A stretch of 26,851 bases of DNA from Myxococcota bacterium (GTDB taxonomy: Bacteria; Myxococcota_A; UBA796; GCA-2862545). Below, in pieces: positions 19,274-26,851 of the stretch. Position 1 is the first letter of the stretch. Every line of letters starts with the position of its first letter. The notes beneath the pieces are model-generated. The model was given only the letters and a program-made list of their open reading frames with translations. It ran no database searches and was not told the DNA's origin. Where the stretch lies: assembly GCA_039208735.1 (NCBI GenBank), contig JBCCQY010000126.1, positions 1 to 26,851 of the forward strand, written 5' to 3'. Made by a program: the position numbers and the translations under genes.

Positions 19274-20526
19274 CGGAGCTCCATGAGCAACTTATGAGGA
19301 TTCTCAAGGACATCTTTGAGAGCCGCGACAAAGCGTGCTCCCACCGCACCATCGATCACCCGATGGTCGAAGCTCGGCGACAGGTACATCATGGGCCGCA
19401 CCACGATCTCACCGTCCCGCACCACCGCCTGATCGCGGATCGCGTTGACGCCCAAAATGGCCACCTGCGGCACGTTGAGAATCGGAGTGGCCAGCACGCC
19501 GCCAATCGAGCCCACGCTGGTCATCGTGAAGGTGCCGCCACGGAGTTCGTCCAGACGGGCCTTGCCTTCTCGGGTGCGGCTCGTGACCTCGGTGATCTCG
19601 GCTGCAAGCTGCAGAATCGACTTCTGCTCCACGTTTCGGATCACGGGCACGTACAACCCATTCGGCGTGTCGGTAGACAAGCCGATGTCGTGGTCTCCCT
19701 TGACCACCAGCTCGAACCGCTCCTCGTCCATCACCGCGTTGACGTTCGGAAACTCGCGGAGCACGAGGCTGACGGCCTTCATAATGATCGGAATGTAGGT
19801 CACCTTCACGCCGTACTCGGCCGCCGCGACCTTGATGCGCTGGCGCAGCTCGACCAGCTCTCCACAATCCACTTCTTCGACGTAGGTGAAGTGGGCGGCC
19901 GTGTGCTTCGATTTCGCCATCTGCTCGGCGATGGCTCGCCGCACACCACGAATCGCCACCCGTTCTTCGGCTCCGCTCGGCAACACCTTGGCTTGCGGTA
20001 GCGCAGGTGCACGCTGCGGAAGCGGCGCCCCACCCGGTTGGTGCCGCGCCAGATCGTCGCGCGTCACTCGACCACCGGGGCCGGTGCCCGTGACGGACCG
20101 TAGATCGACGCCCTGCTCCCGTGCTTCGCGACGAACGGCGGGGGTCGCCTTGGCGGGTGCGCCAGACGCCGGGACAAGGGCCGGGGGCGGAGGAGCCGCA
20201 ACAGGCGCCGGAGCGTGCCCCGCGCCATTGGTCGAAGCTTCGTGGGACGGCGCGGCGGCCGGCGCTGGCGTGGGGGCTTCGCCCGCTGCATCGGTGTCGA
20301 TCTCCACCAACGGTGAATGCACCTTGATGATGTCGCCCGGCTCGCCGTGGAGCTTGAGGATCCGGCCCGCCTTGGGGCTCGAGATCTCGAGCTGTGCCTT
20401 GTCGGTGGTGATTTCGCACAACGGCTGATCAACGGCCACGACATCGCCGACGGCCACGTTCCAACTCACCACTTCGGCTTCGACGACGCCTTCCCCGACT
20501 TCGGGCAGCTCGAAGACAAAAGCCAT
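19270..20526 (-). CDS. Dihydrolipoamide acyltransferase (E2) with one lipoyl domain
   Basis: Lipoyl motif EITTDKAQLEI, Ala/Pro linker, subunit-binding domain ATPAVRREARE...GTGPGGRVT, catalytic GGTFTMTS and SFDHRVIDG. Confidence 0.95.
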   Translation of the reverse strand: MAFVFELPEVGEGVVEAEVVSWNVAVGDVVAVDQPLCEITTDKAQLEISSPKAGRILKLHGEPGDIIKVHSPLVEIDTDAAGEAPTPAPAAAPSHEASTNGAGHAPAPVAAPPPPALVPASGAPAKATPAVRREAREQGVDLRSVTGTGPGGRVTRDDLARHQPGGAPLPQRAPALPQAKVLPSGAEERVAIRGVRRAIAEQMAKSKHTAAHFTYVEEVDCGELVELRQRIKVAAAEYGVKVTYIPIIMKAVSLVLREFPNVNAVMDEERFELVVKGDHDIGLSTDTPNGLYVPVIRNVEQKSILQLAAEITEVTSRTREGKARLDELRGGTFTMTSVGSIGGVLATPILNVPQVAILGVNAIRDQAVVRDGEIVVRPMMYLSPSFDHRVIDGAVGARFVAALKDVLENPHKLLMELR

Positions 20527-20560
20527 GGATTCCTACTCCTGCGAGCCGCGGAGGCCCACG

Positions 20561-21457
20561 TCAATAGTGAACCGCGGCCCGAGCTGCCTCGACGACCGCA
20601 TCGGGGTGCGCTGGCGCCTCCCCGAGTGGGGCTTCGAGGTACAAAAAGGCCGCGTCGAGGCCCGCGTGCCGGACATGCCGGGCGAGCCCTGGATCGCCGG
20701 GGTGGACCACCACCAACCGGCCGGTTTGCTGGACCTGCGCCCCCAGCCAGGCGTGATCGATGGGGGCGAGCGAGACCAGGTCGACCACCTGGCACGACAC
20801 CCCTTCCGCTTCGAGCGCGTCCGCGGCCCGAAGCGCCGAGGACACCGCAGGACCCCAGCTCGCCAGCGTGACATGGTGACCGGCCCGCACTTCGCGCGGA
20901 CTCGCCGCCACCGCGTCGGTGGTCACCCGACCCCGATGGCCCGAAAGCACGCGAGGCTGCAGCACCACCGTGGGTGTGCGCTGCGTCAGCGCCGTGGCGA
21001 GCAGGCCCGTGGCCTGCGCAGGCTCGCTGGCGCACCACACCGCCACCCCGCCGAGATCGGCGACCACGGGCCCCACGGGCTGATCGAGACCGGGCGCCTC
21101 TTGACCGTAGGGAACCCGCACGACCAAGGGAACGTCAAAATCCGAATGGCGGGCGAGCCGACCGGCCTCGGCCAGCGGCTCGAGCACCCCGTAGAGCCGC
21201 GCGGTGTCGGCAAGATGGACCACGGGCCGCTTCCCCCCCAGCGCCAGCCCGACTGCGATCCCCACCATCGCGCGATCCGCGATGGGGACGTCCCGAACCT
21301 GATCGGGAAACTCGCTCGCGAGACCCACCGTGCTCCCGTCAAAGCCCCCCAACTCGGCCACGTTCTCACCGAGCAAGACACAGCGATCCCCTTCGTTCAA
21401 CGCGTTGCGAAGGACCTCGCGAAGGGCAGCTTCAATACCAAGGGACGAGCTAGACAA
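20561..21457 (-). CDS. Degenerate 2-oxoacid dehydrogenase E1 beta-like protein
   Basis: LLGENV..GG...GL, GIAVGLALGGKRPVV, VTLASWG, VVDLVSLAPID, TGRLVVVH, LEAP. The canonical TPISE, EiQFxDF and HSQ motifs are altered or lost. Start (TTG) uncertain. Confidence 0.8.
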   Translation of the reverse strand: MSSSSLGIEAALREVLRNALNEGDRCVLLGENVAELGGFDGSTVGLASEFPDQVRDVPIADRAMVGIAVGLALGGKRPVVHLADTARLYGVLEPLAEAGRLARHSDFDVPLVVRVPYGQEAPGLDQPVGPVVADLGGVAVWCASEPAQATGLLATALTQRTPTVVLQPRVLSGHRGRVTTDAVAASPREVRAGHHVTLASWGPAVSSALRAADALEAEGVSCQVVDLVSLAPIDHAWLGAQVQQTGRLVVVHPGDPGLARHVRHAGLDAAFLYLEAPLGEAPAHPDAVVEAARAAVHY

Positions 21458-21556
21458 TGGGGACTCACAGGAACCGGTCTTTCGCCGGGGGCAGGAGAAT
21501 ACCCCGGGCCTTAACGCCCGATCGTCCGCGGGTCAGAAAGCGTTACGGCTGTAAGT

Positions 21557-22831
21557 ATGCCGAGGACCTTCGACTGGCCGAAGCTCGAAGATGAGCTTGT
21601 CCGGATCCTCGAGAATGGACCGGACGCGGGCCCGGAACTCGCCGAAGCCCTCGCCATAAGCCAGCCGTCATTCTCCCGGCTCATTCGACGCGTCGACGAG
21701 CGCGTTGTGGCCTTTGGACGAGCCCGTCACCGACGCTACGGCCTGCGTCGTCCGGCGGCCTTCGGCAACCCCGTTCCCGTCTACGACATCGATGCCCATG
21801 GCCAGGTGCGCCAGCGCTTTACGATCGATGCCATCGTGCCGTCGGGTCTCACGGTGGATGGAAACCGCGTGAAACCGGATGTTTTCGATGATTTACCGTG
21901 GTTCTTCTGGGCCCTACGGCCTGCGGGACGACTGGGTCGGCGCGTGCCCCGCCAACTGCAAGGATGGCCGGCCGTCCCGGCGTGGTCCGCCGAACAGACC
22001 GTGACCTATGCCCGGCAATTTGGGTGGGATCTCCCTGGGGGCTTCGTGGTGGGCGACGCAGCATTGGAGCAGGCCCAAGCCCGGACCCTTGAACCGGTGG
22101 ACTACGCGGCTCGTGCTCACGACACCGACGTCCATGACCCCGGCAGCTGGGTAGGGGGCATGCATCCCAAGTTTCTGGCGCCCGCGAAGATCGTCAAGTT
22201 CTCCCCTCCCCGATCCGACGCCGCTGGACGACGCACCGCCGACTTGCTGGTCGCGGAACATCTCGCGCTTACGATTCTGCAAGAAGCAGGACACGACGCA
22301 GCGCCGACATCCATCATCGAGGACGACGACCGGACGTTCCTCGAAGTGGAACGGTTCGACCGAACCCCGAAGGGTCGACGGTCCTGGGTCCCATTGGACG
22401 CACTCACGCCCACGTTGGGGGAAGGGTCGAACACGACGAGCGGGTTAGCGACGCGCCTCCTCGTACGACAGCACATCGACGAAACGACGCTGCGCGCCAT
22501 CCGGTTTCGTGCGCAGTTTGCCGAGTGGATCGCATGCGCGGACGAAGGGCGGTCCACCCTTGGCTTCTTCCTAAAGGGACCCACGCTCGTCGGCTTGGCC
22601 CCCGCGTTTGGGCTTGGGCCGTCGGCTTATGCCGAACCGCACCGCGACCCCGAGCTTCCCGTGCGCGTAGCGCTCCCGTCAAATGCCGACGTCGCACCCG
22701 CCGCGCATGCTGCGGCCGTTCGCTTCTGGCAGACCGTGGATGCCGACGGCCGAATGTCTTCGGAGTTCCGAGCCATCGCGGACCGGCGCATCGCACGCCT
22801 TGCCCGCGTCCGGCTGGCGACGCCCGATTAG
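21557..22831 (+). CDS. YjjJ/HipA-family kinase-like protein with N-terminal HTH and degenerate catalytic motifs
   Basis: ELAEALAISQPSFSRL (HTH), GRARHRRY, LPWF...RPAGRLGR, GSWVGGMHPKF, VKFSPP, DLLVAEHLAL, FLEVERFDR, LAPAF. Confidence 0.82.
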   Translation: MPRTFDWPKLEDELVRILENGPDAGPELAEALAISQPSFSRLIRRVDERVVAFGRARHRRYGLRRPAAFGNPVPVYDIDAHGQVRQRFTIDAIVPSGLTVDGNRVKPDVFDDLPWFFWALRPAGRLGRRVPRQLQGWPAVPAWSAEQTVTYARQFGWDLPGGFVVGDAALEQAQARTLEPVDYAARAHDTDVHDPGSWVGGMHPKFLAPAKIVKFSPPRSDAAGRRTADLLVAEHLALTILQEAGHDAAPTSIIEDDDRTFLEVERFDRTPKGRRSWVPLDALTPTLGEGSNTTSGLATRLLVRQHIDETTLRAIRFRAQFAEWIACADEGRSTLGFFLKGPTLVGLAPAFGLGPSAYAEPHRDPELPVRVALPSNADVAPAAHAAAVRFWQTVDADGRMSSEFRAIADRRIARLARVRLATPD

Positions 22832-23718
22832 GCCTCTTCGCGGTCCTGCGCTTCGAGGACCCGCGTGATGAAGAACTCGCCGGCCTTGTAGGACGAGCGC
22901 ACCAACGGCCCGCTCGCGACGTAGCGGAAGCCCATCTCAAGCCCGAGCTGCTCGTAGCGAGCGAACTGGTCGGGATGGACGAACTCCTCAACCGCGAGGT
23001 GCTTTTTGGTCGGCTGAAGGTACTGCCCGATCGTGAGAAAGTCGCAGCCCACCTCGCGCAGGTCCTGCATGGCTTCGATCATTTCGTCCTCGGTCTCGCC
23101 GAGGCCCACCATGAGCGAACTCTTGGTGAAGCCCTTTGGGGCCATGGACTTCGCGTTGCGCAGCACCTCGAGGGTCGTCTCGTAGCTCGCCTTCCGGTCT
23201 CGCACAGGATGGGTGAGCCGCTTGACGGTCTCCTGGTTGTGCGCGAGCACGTCGGGCTCGGCCATCATGAGGGTGAGCAAGCTGCCGATGTTGCCCCCAA
23301 AGTCGGGGATCAACACTTCGATCCGGGTCTTGGGCGACTCCCGGCGGGTGTGTTCAATGACCGCCGCAAAGTGACTCGCCCCACCGTCAGGCAGGTCGTC
23401 GCGGTCCACACTGGTGATCACGACATAGTTGAGCTGCAGCTCCGCGATGGCTTGGGCCACATTGAGCGGCTCGTCCGGATCGAGACCATCGGGGAATTTG
23501 GCGGTCTTGACGGCGCAGAACCGACACCCACGGGTGCAGGTATCGCCCATCACCATGAAGGTGGCCGTACCACCGCCCCAACACTCACCGATGTTGGGGC
23601 AACGCGCCTCTTCGCAGACCGTCGCGAGCTTTAGCTGTCGCGCGCGCTTGCGAATGGCATGGTAGGGCTCGGAGCCCGGCATCCGGACTTTGAGCCAGGG
23701 GGGCTTGGCGCGGGTCAC
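22828..23718 (-). CDS. lipA: Lipoyl synthase
   Basis: KPPWLK, CEEARCPNIGEC (CX4CX5C), CTRGCRFC, GQYLQP, SGPLVRSSY. GTG start with SD AGGAGG. Confidence 0.97.
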   Translation of the reverse strand: MTRAKPPWLKVRMPGSEPYHAIRKRARQLKLATVCEEARCPNIGECWGGGTATFMVMGDTCTRGCRFCAVKTAKFPDGLDPDEPLNVAQAIAELQLNYVVITSVDRDDLPDGGASHFAAVIEHTRRESPKTRIEVLIPDFGGNIGSLLTLMMAEPDVLAHNQETVKRLTHPVRDRKASYETTLEVLRNAKSMAPKGFTKSSLMVGLGETEDEMIEAMQDLREVGCDFLTIGQYLQPTKKHLAVEEFVHPDQFARYEQLGLEMGFRYVASGPLVRSSYKAGEFFITRVLEAQDREEA

Positions 23719-23816
23719 TTAGGACCTCCTTTCAAGGCCCGTCCGTAACCTGAGTACCGGCCATGCCCCGACTCGCATGCCCGGATACCTCGACCACCCC
23801 GGAGGCGAGCCCGCGA

Positions 23817-24551
23817 ATGGCGCGACATGTGAGACTTTACAGCCCTGAACTTGGCCGACACGTACATGTTTGGACCTACGGGCACTTTGGCAAACCTGTC
23901 ATCGTCTTTCCGACCGCAGCGGGCATGGCGCATGAGTGGGATCATCACGGCATGATTCACACCCTCGGCCCACTGCTCGCGGCAGGCAAGATCAAACTGT
24001 ACTGCACGGAATCCAACGTGGCCGAAACCTGGACGAACCGCCACGCCGATGCGGGTTGGCGCGTGTGGCGCCATCAGGCCTTCGAAGCCTACGTCCACAA
24101 GCAACTGGTGCCGTTCATCCATCATGATTGCAACGGCATCATGCGCGTGGTGGCCACCGGCGCGAGCCTGGGAGCCTTCTACGCCGCCAACCTTGCCCTC
24201 AAGTCCCCGCGGCTCGTCGAATGGGCCCTGTGCCTGTCTGGGCGCTACGAAGCGCGGACCTTTACCAGTGGCTACGACAGCCCCGACCTCTACTTCAGCA
24301 ATCCGCTAGCCTACGTGCCCGGGTTGCACGACCAGGACCTCTTCGAGGTCCGCCGCACGGCGCTGACCTTGGTATGTGGTCAAGGCGCGTTCGAAGGCTC
24401 GTGCATCGACGAGACCCAGGCGTTGGCGGGATGGCTAGCTGACAAGAGCATCCCCCATGAACTCGACCTGTGGGGCCAGGACGTCTCCCACGAATGGCCC
24501 TGGTGGCAACGGCAGGTCGCCCACCACTTTGGCCGCCGGTTCGCCGAATGA
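23817..24551 (+). CDS. Putative esterase (alpha/beta hydrolase)
   Basis: YGHFGKPVIVFPT, nucleophile elbow GASLG, LSGRY, WGQDVSHEWPWW. ATG at 23817 with GGAGG upstream. Confidence 0.85.
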   Translation: MARHVRLYSPELGRHVHVWTYGHFGKPVIVFPTAAGMAHEWDHHGMIHTLGPLLAAGKIKLYCTESNVAETWTNRHADAGWRVWRHQAFEAYVHKQLVPFIHHDCNGIMRVVATGASLGAFYAANLALKSPRLVEWALCLSGRYEARTFTSGYDSPDLYFSNPLAYVPGLHDQDLFEVRRTALTLVCGQGAFEGSCIDETQALAGWLADKSIPHELDLWGQDVSHEWPWWQRQVAHHFGRRFAE

Positions 24552-25201
24552 CGTTCAAAGACCACCTTCGCGGCGCCCTCATCGCGCTGGCGCTTATCGC
24601 GCACGGCATCTATGCCCTGCCCTTGCCCTACAAGGTGACCGAGGTGTCGCTGAAGGAGGACTGGCGTCAGCGCGACATCCGGCTGTGGCGAGGGTGGTTG
24701 AAGAACGCAGGCATCGACGTCACCCACGAACAGATCGAAGCCAACCTGATGTGGGCGACCAACCTCACCGGCTCGCTCCACAAGACGCTTAAAGCCCCAT
24801 TTGCGCCTCTGTTTCGCATCACGCAGAGCAACCAGGCATGGGCCTTGTTCGCGGCCGCATCGACCAAGCCCGAACGCCTCGTGATCGAGGTTCGGGAGCA
24901 CGGGCAGCGCGAGTGGCGGCCCATCCTCCGGCGGCTCGACCCCTGCTGCACGTGGAAAGAACCCATCATCCGATACCGTCGCATCCGCGGCATCTGGGAT
25001 GGCCAGAAGCGAAGGGCCCGACGTCCCTATTTGAATCTCACGCAGTGGCTGGCGGATCAGGTGCTCGTCGAGATGCCCGAGGTCGACGAAGTGCGCATCT
25101 ACCTCGAGCAGGGTCGCACGGTGTATCCCTGGGAGCCCCCCGATGAGACGCGCATCGAGCGGCATGTGCGCAAGCACCGACGTCCGCGGAAAGCGAAGTG
25201 A
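24548..25201 (+). CDS. Membrane-anchored hypothetical protein, HTTM partner (QxWxLFA motif)
   Basis: ATGA overlap with the esterase stop; N-terminal TM helix; QAWALFA motif typical of HTTM-associated partners. Confidence 0.65.
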   Translation: MTFKDHLRGALIALALIAHGIYALPLPYKVTEVSLKEDWRQRDIRLWRGWLKNAGIDVTHEQIEANLMWATNLTGSLHKTLKAPFAPLFRITQSNQAWALFAAASTKPERLVIEVREHGQREWRPILRRLDPCCTWKEPIIRYRRIRGIWDGQKRRARRPYLNLTQWLADQVLVEMPEVDEVRIYLEQGRTVYPWEPPDETRIERHVRKHRRPRKAK

Positions 25202-26196
25202 ACGCCCTGAAGCGCGCATGGACCGCATGGGTCACCTTCTGGGCGACCCAGGAGCACCCTCGCTCCCTGGCGCTTGTCCGCATCCTTCTCGGGCTGGTGA
25301 TCCTCTACGACTTCGTCCAGATCTGGCAGCTCGACCTCGTGACGCCCTTGTTCGCCCCCGCGGAGGTAGGCGGGCTTTCGGGTGCGGCCAATCGGGCGAA
25401 TCCTCCGCTCTGGTACACGGTCTTCCCCCCGTCCGTGGCCTCGGCCAAGCTGCTGCACGTGGTCATCACGGTCAGCGCGGTCGCCTTCACGTTCGGTGCC
25501 TTTACCCGCACGGCCGCAGTGGTCCTGCTCTTCTCTTGGGCCCAGCACGCCATGATCATGCCGGCCGCCGACCGGGGCATTGACACGTTGTGCAGGGATG
25601 TCCTCTGGATCTTTGTGTTTGCCGACGCGGGCGCCACCTGGTCCGTCGATGCCCTACGACGCACGGGCTCCTGGTTCGGCGACGGCGCTCCCGTCGGCGC
25701 ATGGGCCCGCCGACTGGTCATCCTTCAGCTCGTCGCGATGTATTTTCTCGCGGGAGTGCAAAAAGGCGGCATCCACTGGTATCCGATGGGCCATTTTGCA
25801 GCGCTCTACTTCATTCTCCAAGATCCTGCGATCGCCCAGTACGACTTCACCTTCCTGGGGCGGCAGCCGTTCTTCTTCTCCACCCAGCTCGGCACGGCGG
25901 TCACCATCGTCTTCCAGGATTCCTATCCGCTGGTCCTGCTGTGGGCGCATTACCGGAATACTCCCGATCGGCCCGGAAAATTACGGGCATTCGCAAACCG
26001 CTGGGGCCTCGAATGGTGGTGGATTGCGACGGGCGCGTTGTTTCACGTCCTGCTTGCGGCCACGACCGAACTGGGCATCTTTCCTTGGGCAATGCTGGCG
26101 TTGTACCCCGCGTGGCTTCGCCCGGTGGACCTCGCAAACCTCCAACAATGGGTGGCGGACCGCACCGGATGGCCCGTTGCTCCCACGGGAGCCTAG
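25198..26196 (+). CDS. HTTM-domain polytopic membrane protein (vitamin K-dependent carboxylase-like/SdpB-like)
   Basis: LALVRILLG, LQLVAMYFLAGVQK, GALFH...LGIFPWAM; many TM helices; GTGA overlap with the upstream gene. Confidence 0.8.
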   Translation: MNALKRAWTAWVTFWATQEHPRSLALVRILLGLVILYDFVQIWQLDLVTPLFAPAEVGGLSGAANRANPPLWYTVFPPSVASAKLLHVVITVSAVAFTFGAFTRTAAVVLLFSWAQHAMIMPAADRGIDTLCRDVLWIFVFADAGATWSVDALRRTGSWFGDGAPVGAWARRLVILQLVAMYFLAGVQKGGIHWYPMGHFAALYFILQDPAIAQYDFTFLGRQPFFFSTQLGTAVTIVFQDSYPLVLLWAHYRNTPDRPGKLRAFANRWGLEWWWIATGALFHVLLAATTELGIFPWAMLALYPAWLRPVDLANLQQWVADRTGWPVAPTGA

Positions 26197-26784
26197 ATGG
26201 GCGGCCACCTCTTCGTCGTGCATGGCGATCTGCGCACGTTGCGATGCGACCATTGGCTTTTGCCGGTCGATACTGGATTTTCGACCTCCCGTTCGTGGAA
26301 CCAGAGTTCCGCGTGGCGCCGGATCATGGGGTTCCTTCCCTCCCTGATGCCGCCCGGCCAACGGGTCTTCGAGGTCCCGTGGAGTGGCCCGGCTCGTCCC
26401 TGGCCGACCAATGTGGCGTCGGGCCGGCGGACGCCCCCCACGTGGCTCGCCGAAAGCGTACGGCAGTTCTTGCATCAAGCAAGCACCGCCCCTTCGACCT
26501 TGAACCGGGACCGTCCCTTGCTCGCCCTGCCGATCGTGGGGACCGGCTACGGTGGCAAACGCCGATTCGCCGGTGACGTGCTCAACAGCGTGTTTCCTGC
26601 GCTCGATGGATTCGTGGAGGACCACGACGTCGACGTTGCACTGGTGACCTGGACGGAAGAGGACTTTGCGGCCGCCCAAGCGGCCCGACGGCAGCATGGT
26701 CGAACGCGCTGGGAGGAGGAACTTTCCCCCCTCCTGTTACGTTTTCCCATATCGCACAGGGCGTACCCTTTTTGTAACTTTTGA
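26197..26784 (+). CDS. Macro-domain-like protein, probably the truncated N-terminus of a longer (macro+SIR2-like) protein
   Basis: HLFVVHGDL...CDHWLLPVD and LALPIVGTGYGG match the macro-domain GDIT...D and PAIGTG.GG loops. Protein-like character and GC content drop after about 26730. Confidence 0.6.
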   Translation: MGGHLFVVHGDLRTLRCDHWLLPVDTGFSTSRSWNQSSAWRRIMGFLPSLMPPGQRVFEVPWSGPARPWPTNVASGRRTPPTWLAESVRQFLHQASTAPSTLNRDRPLLALPIVGTGYGGKRRFAGDVLNSVFPALDGFVEDHDVDVALVTWTEEDFAAAQAARRQHGRTRWEEELSPLLLRFPISHRAYPFCNF

Positions 26785-26851
26785 GGTTCCAGTCTGGACC
26801 TCACCGTCTCAGTGCGAAAATCCTCCGCTGCGGAACCCTTGTGCGCGTTCC

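Noticed and set aside
26753..26851. Group II intron start (GTGCG at 26812 and 26841) or structured ncRNA (CGCACAGGG / CCCTTGTGCG pairing)
   Set aside because: Pentamer matches and a short imperfect helix are expected by chance, and too little sequence remains to test them.

Overview
High-GC bacterial chromosomal window, almost fully coding. The gene types suggest Myxococcota or a similar lineage, but this is inference only. In order: the 3' end of a conserved hypothetical gene; a three-gene succinate dehydrogenase/fumarate reductase operon of the mycobacterial Sdh1 type, whose flavoprotein gene has one in-frame TAG; an orphan ORF; a stand-alone divergent EF-Tu paralogue behind a structured, SD-sequestering leader; a minus-strand run of sulfatase-like, VanZ-like, two zinc-ribbon membrane paralogues, a Cys/His-motif protein, an RRE-like radical SAM/SPASM enzyme and a TPR+FGE-fold protein; an LRR protein; a lipoprotein; an M19 dipeptidase; a 2-oxoacid dehydrogenase-like cluster (E1beta-E2-E1alpha-E3) in which both E1 subunits have lost their ThDP/catalytic motifs; a degenerate YjjJ/HipA-like kinase; lipA; and an esterase, membrane protein, HTTM, macro-domain operon that appears to break off near the window end. 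Best candidates for novelty: (1) the coupled Cys/His-motif protein + RRE-rSAM + FGE-fold trio, (2) the pseudo-E1 pair beside intact E2/E3/LipA, (3) the attenuator-controlled EF-Tu with substitutions at known elfamycin-resistance positions. No rRNA, tRNA, CRISPR array or transposase was recognised. All family assignments come from motif reading without database searches.
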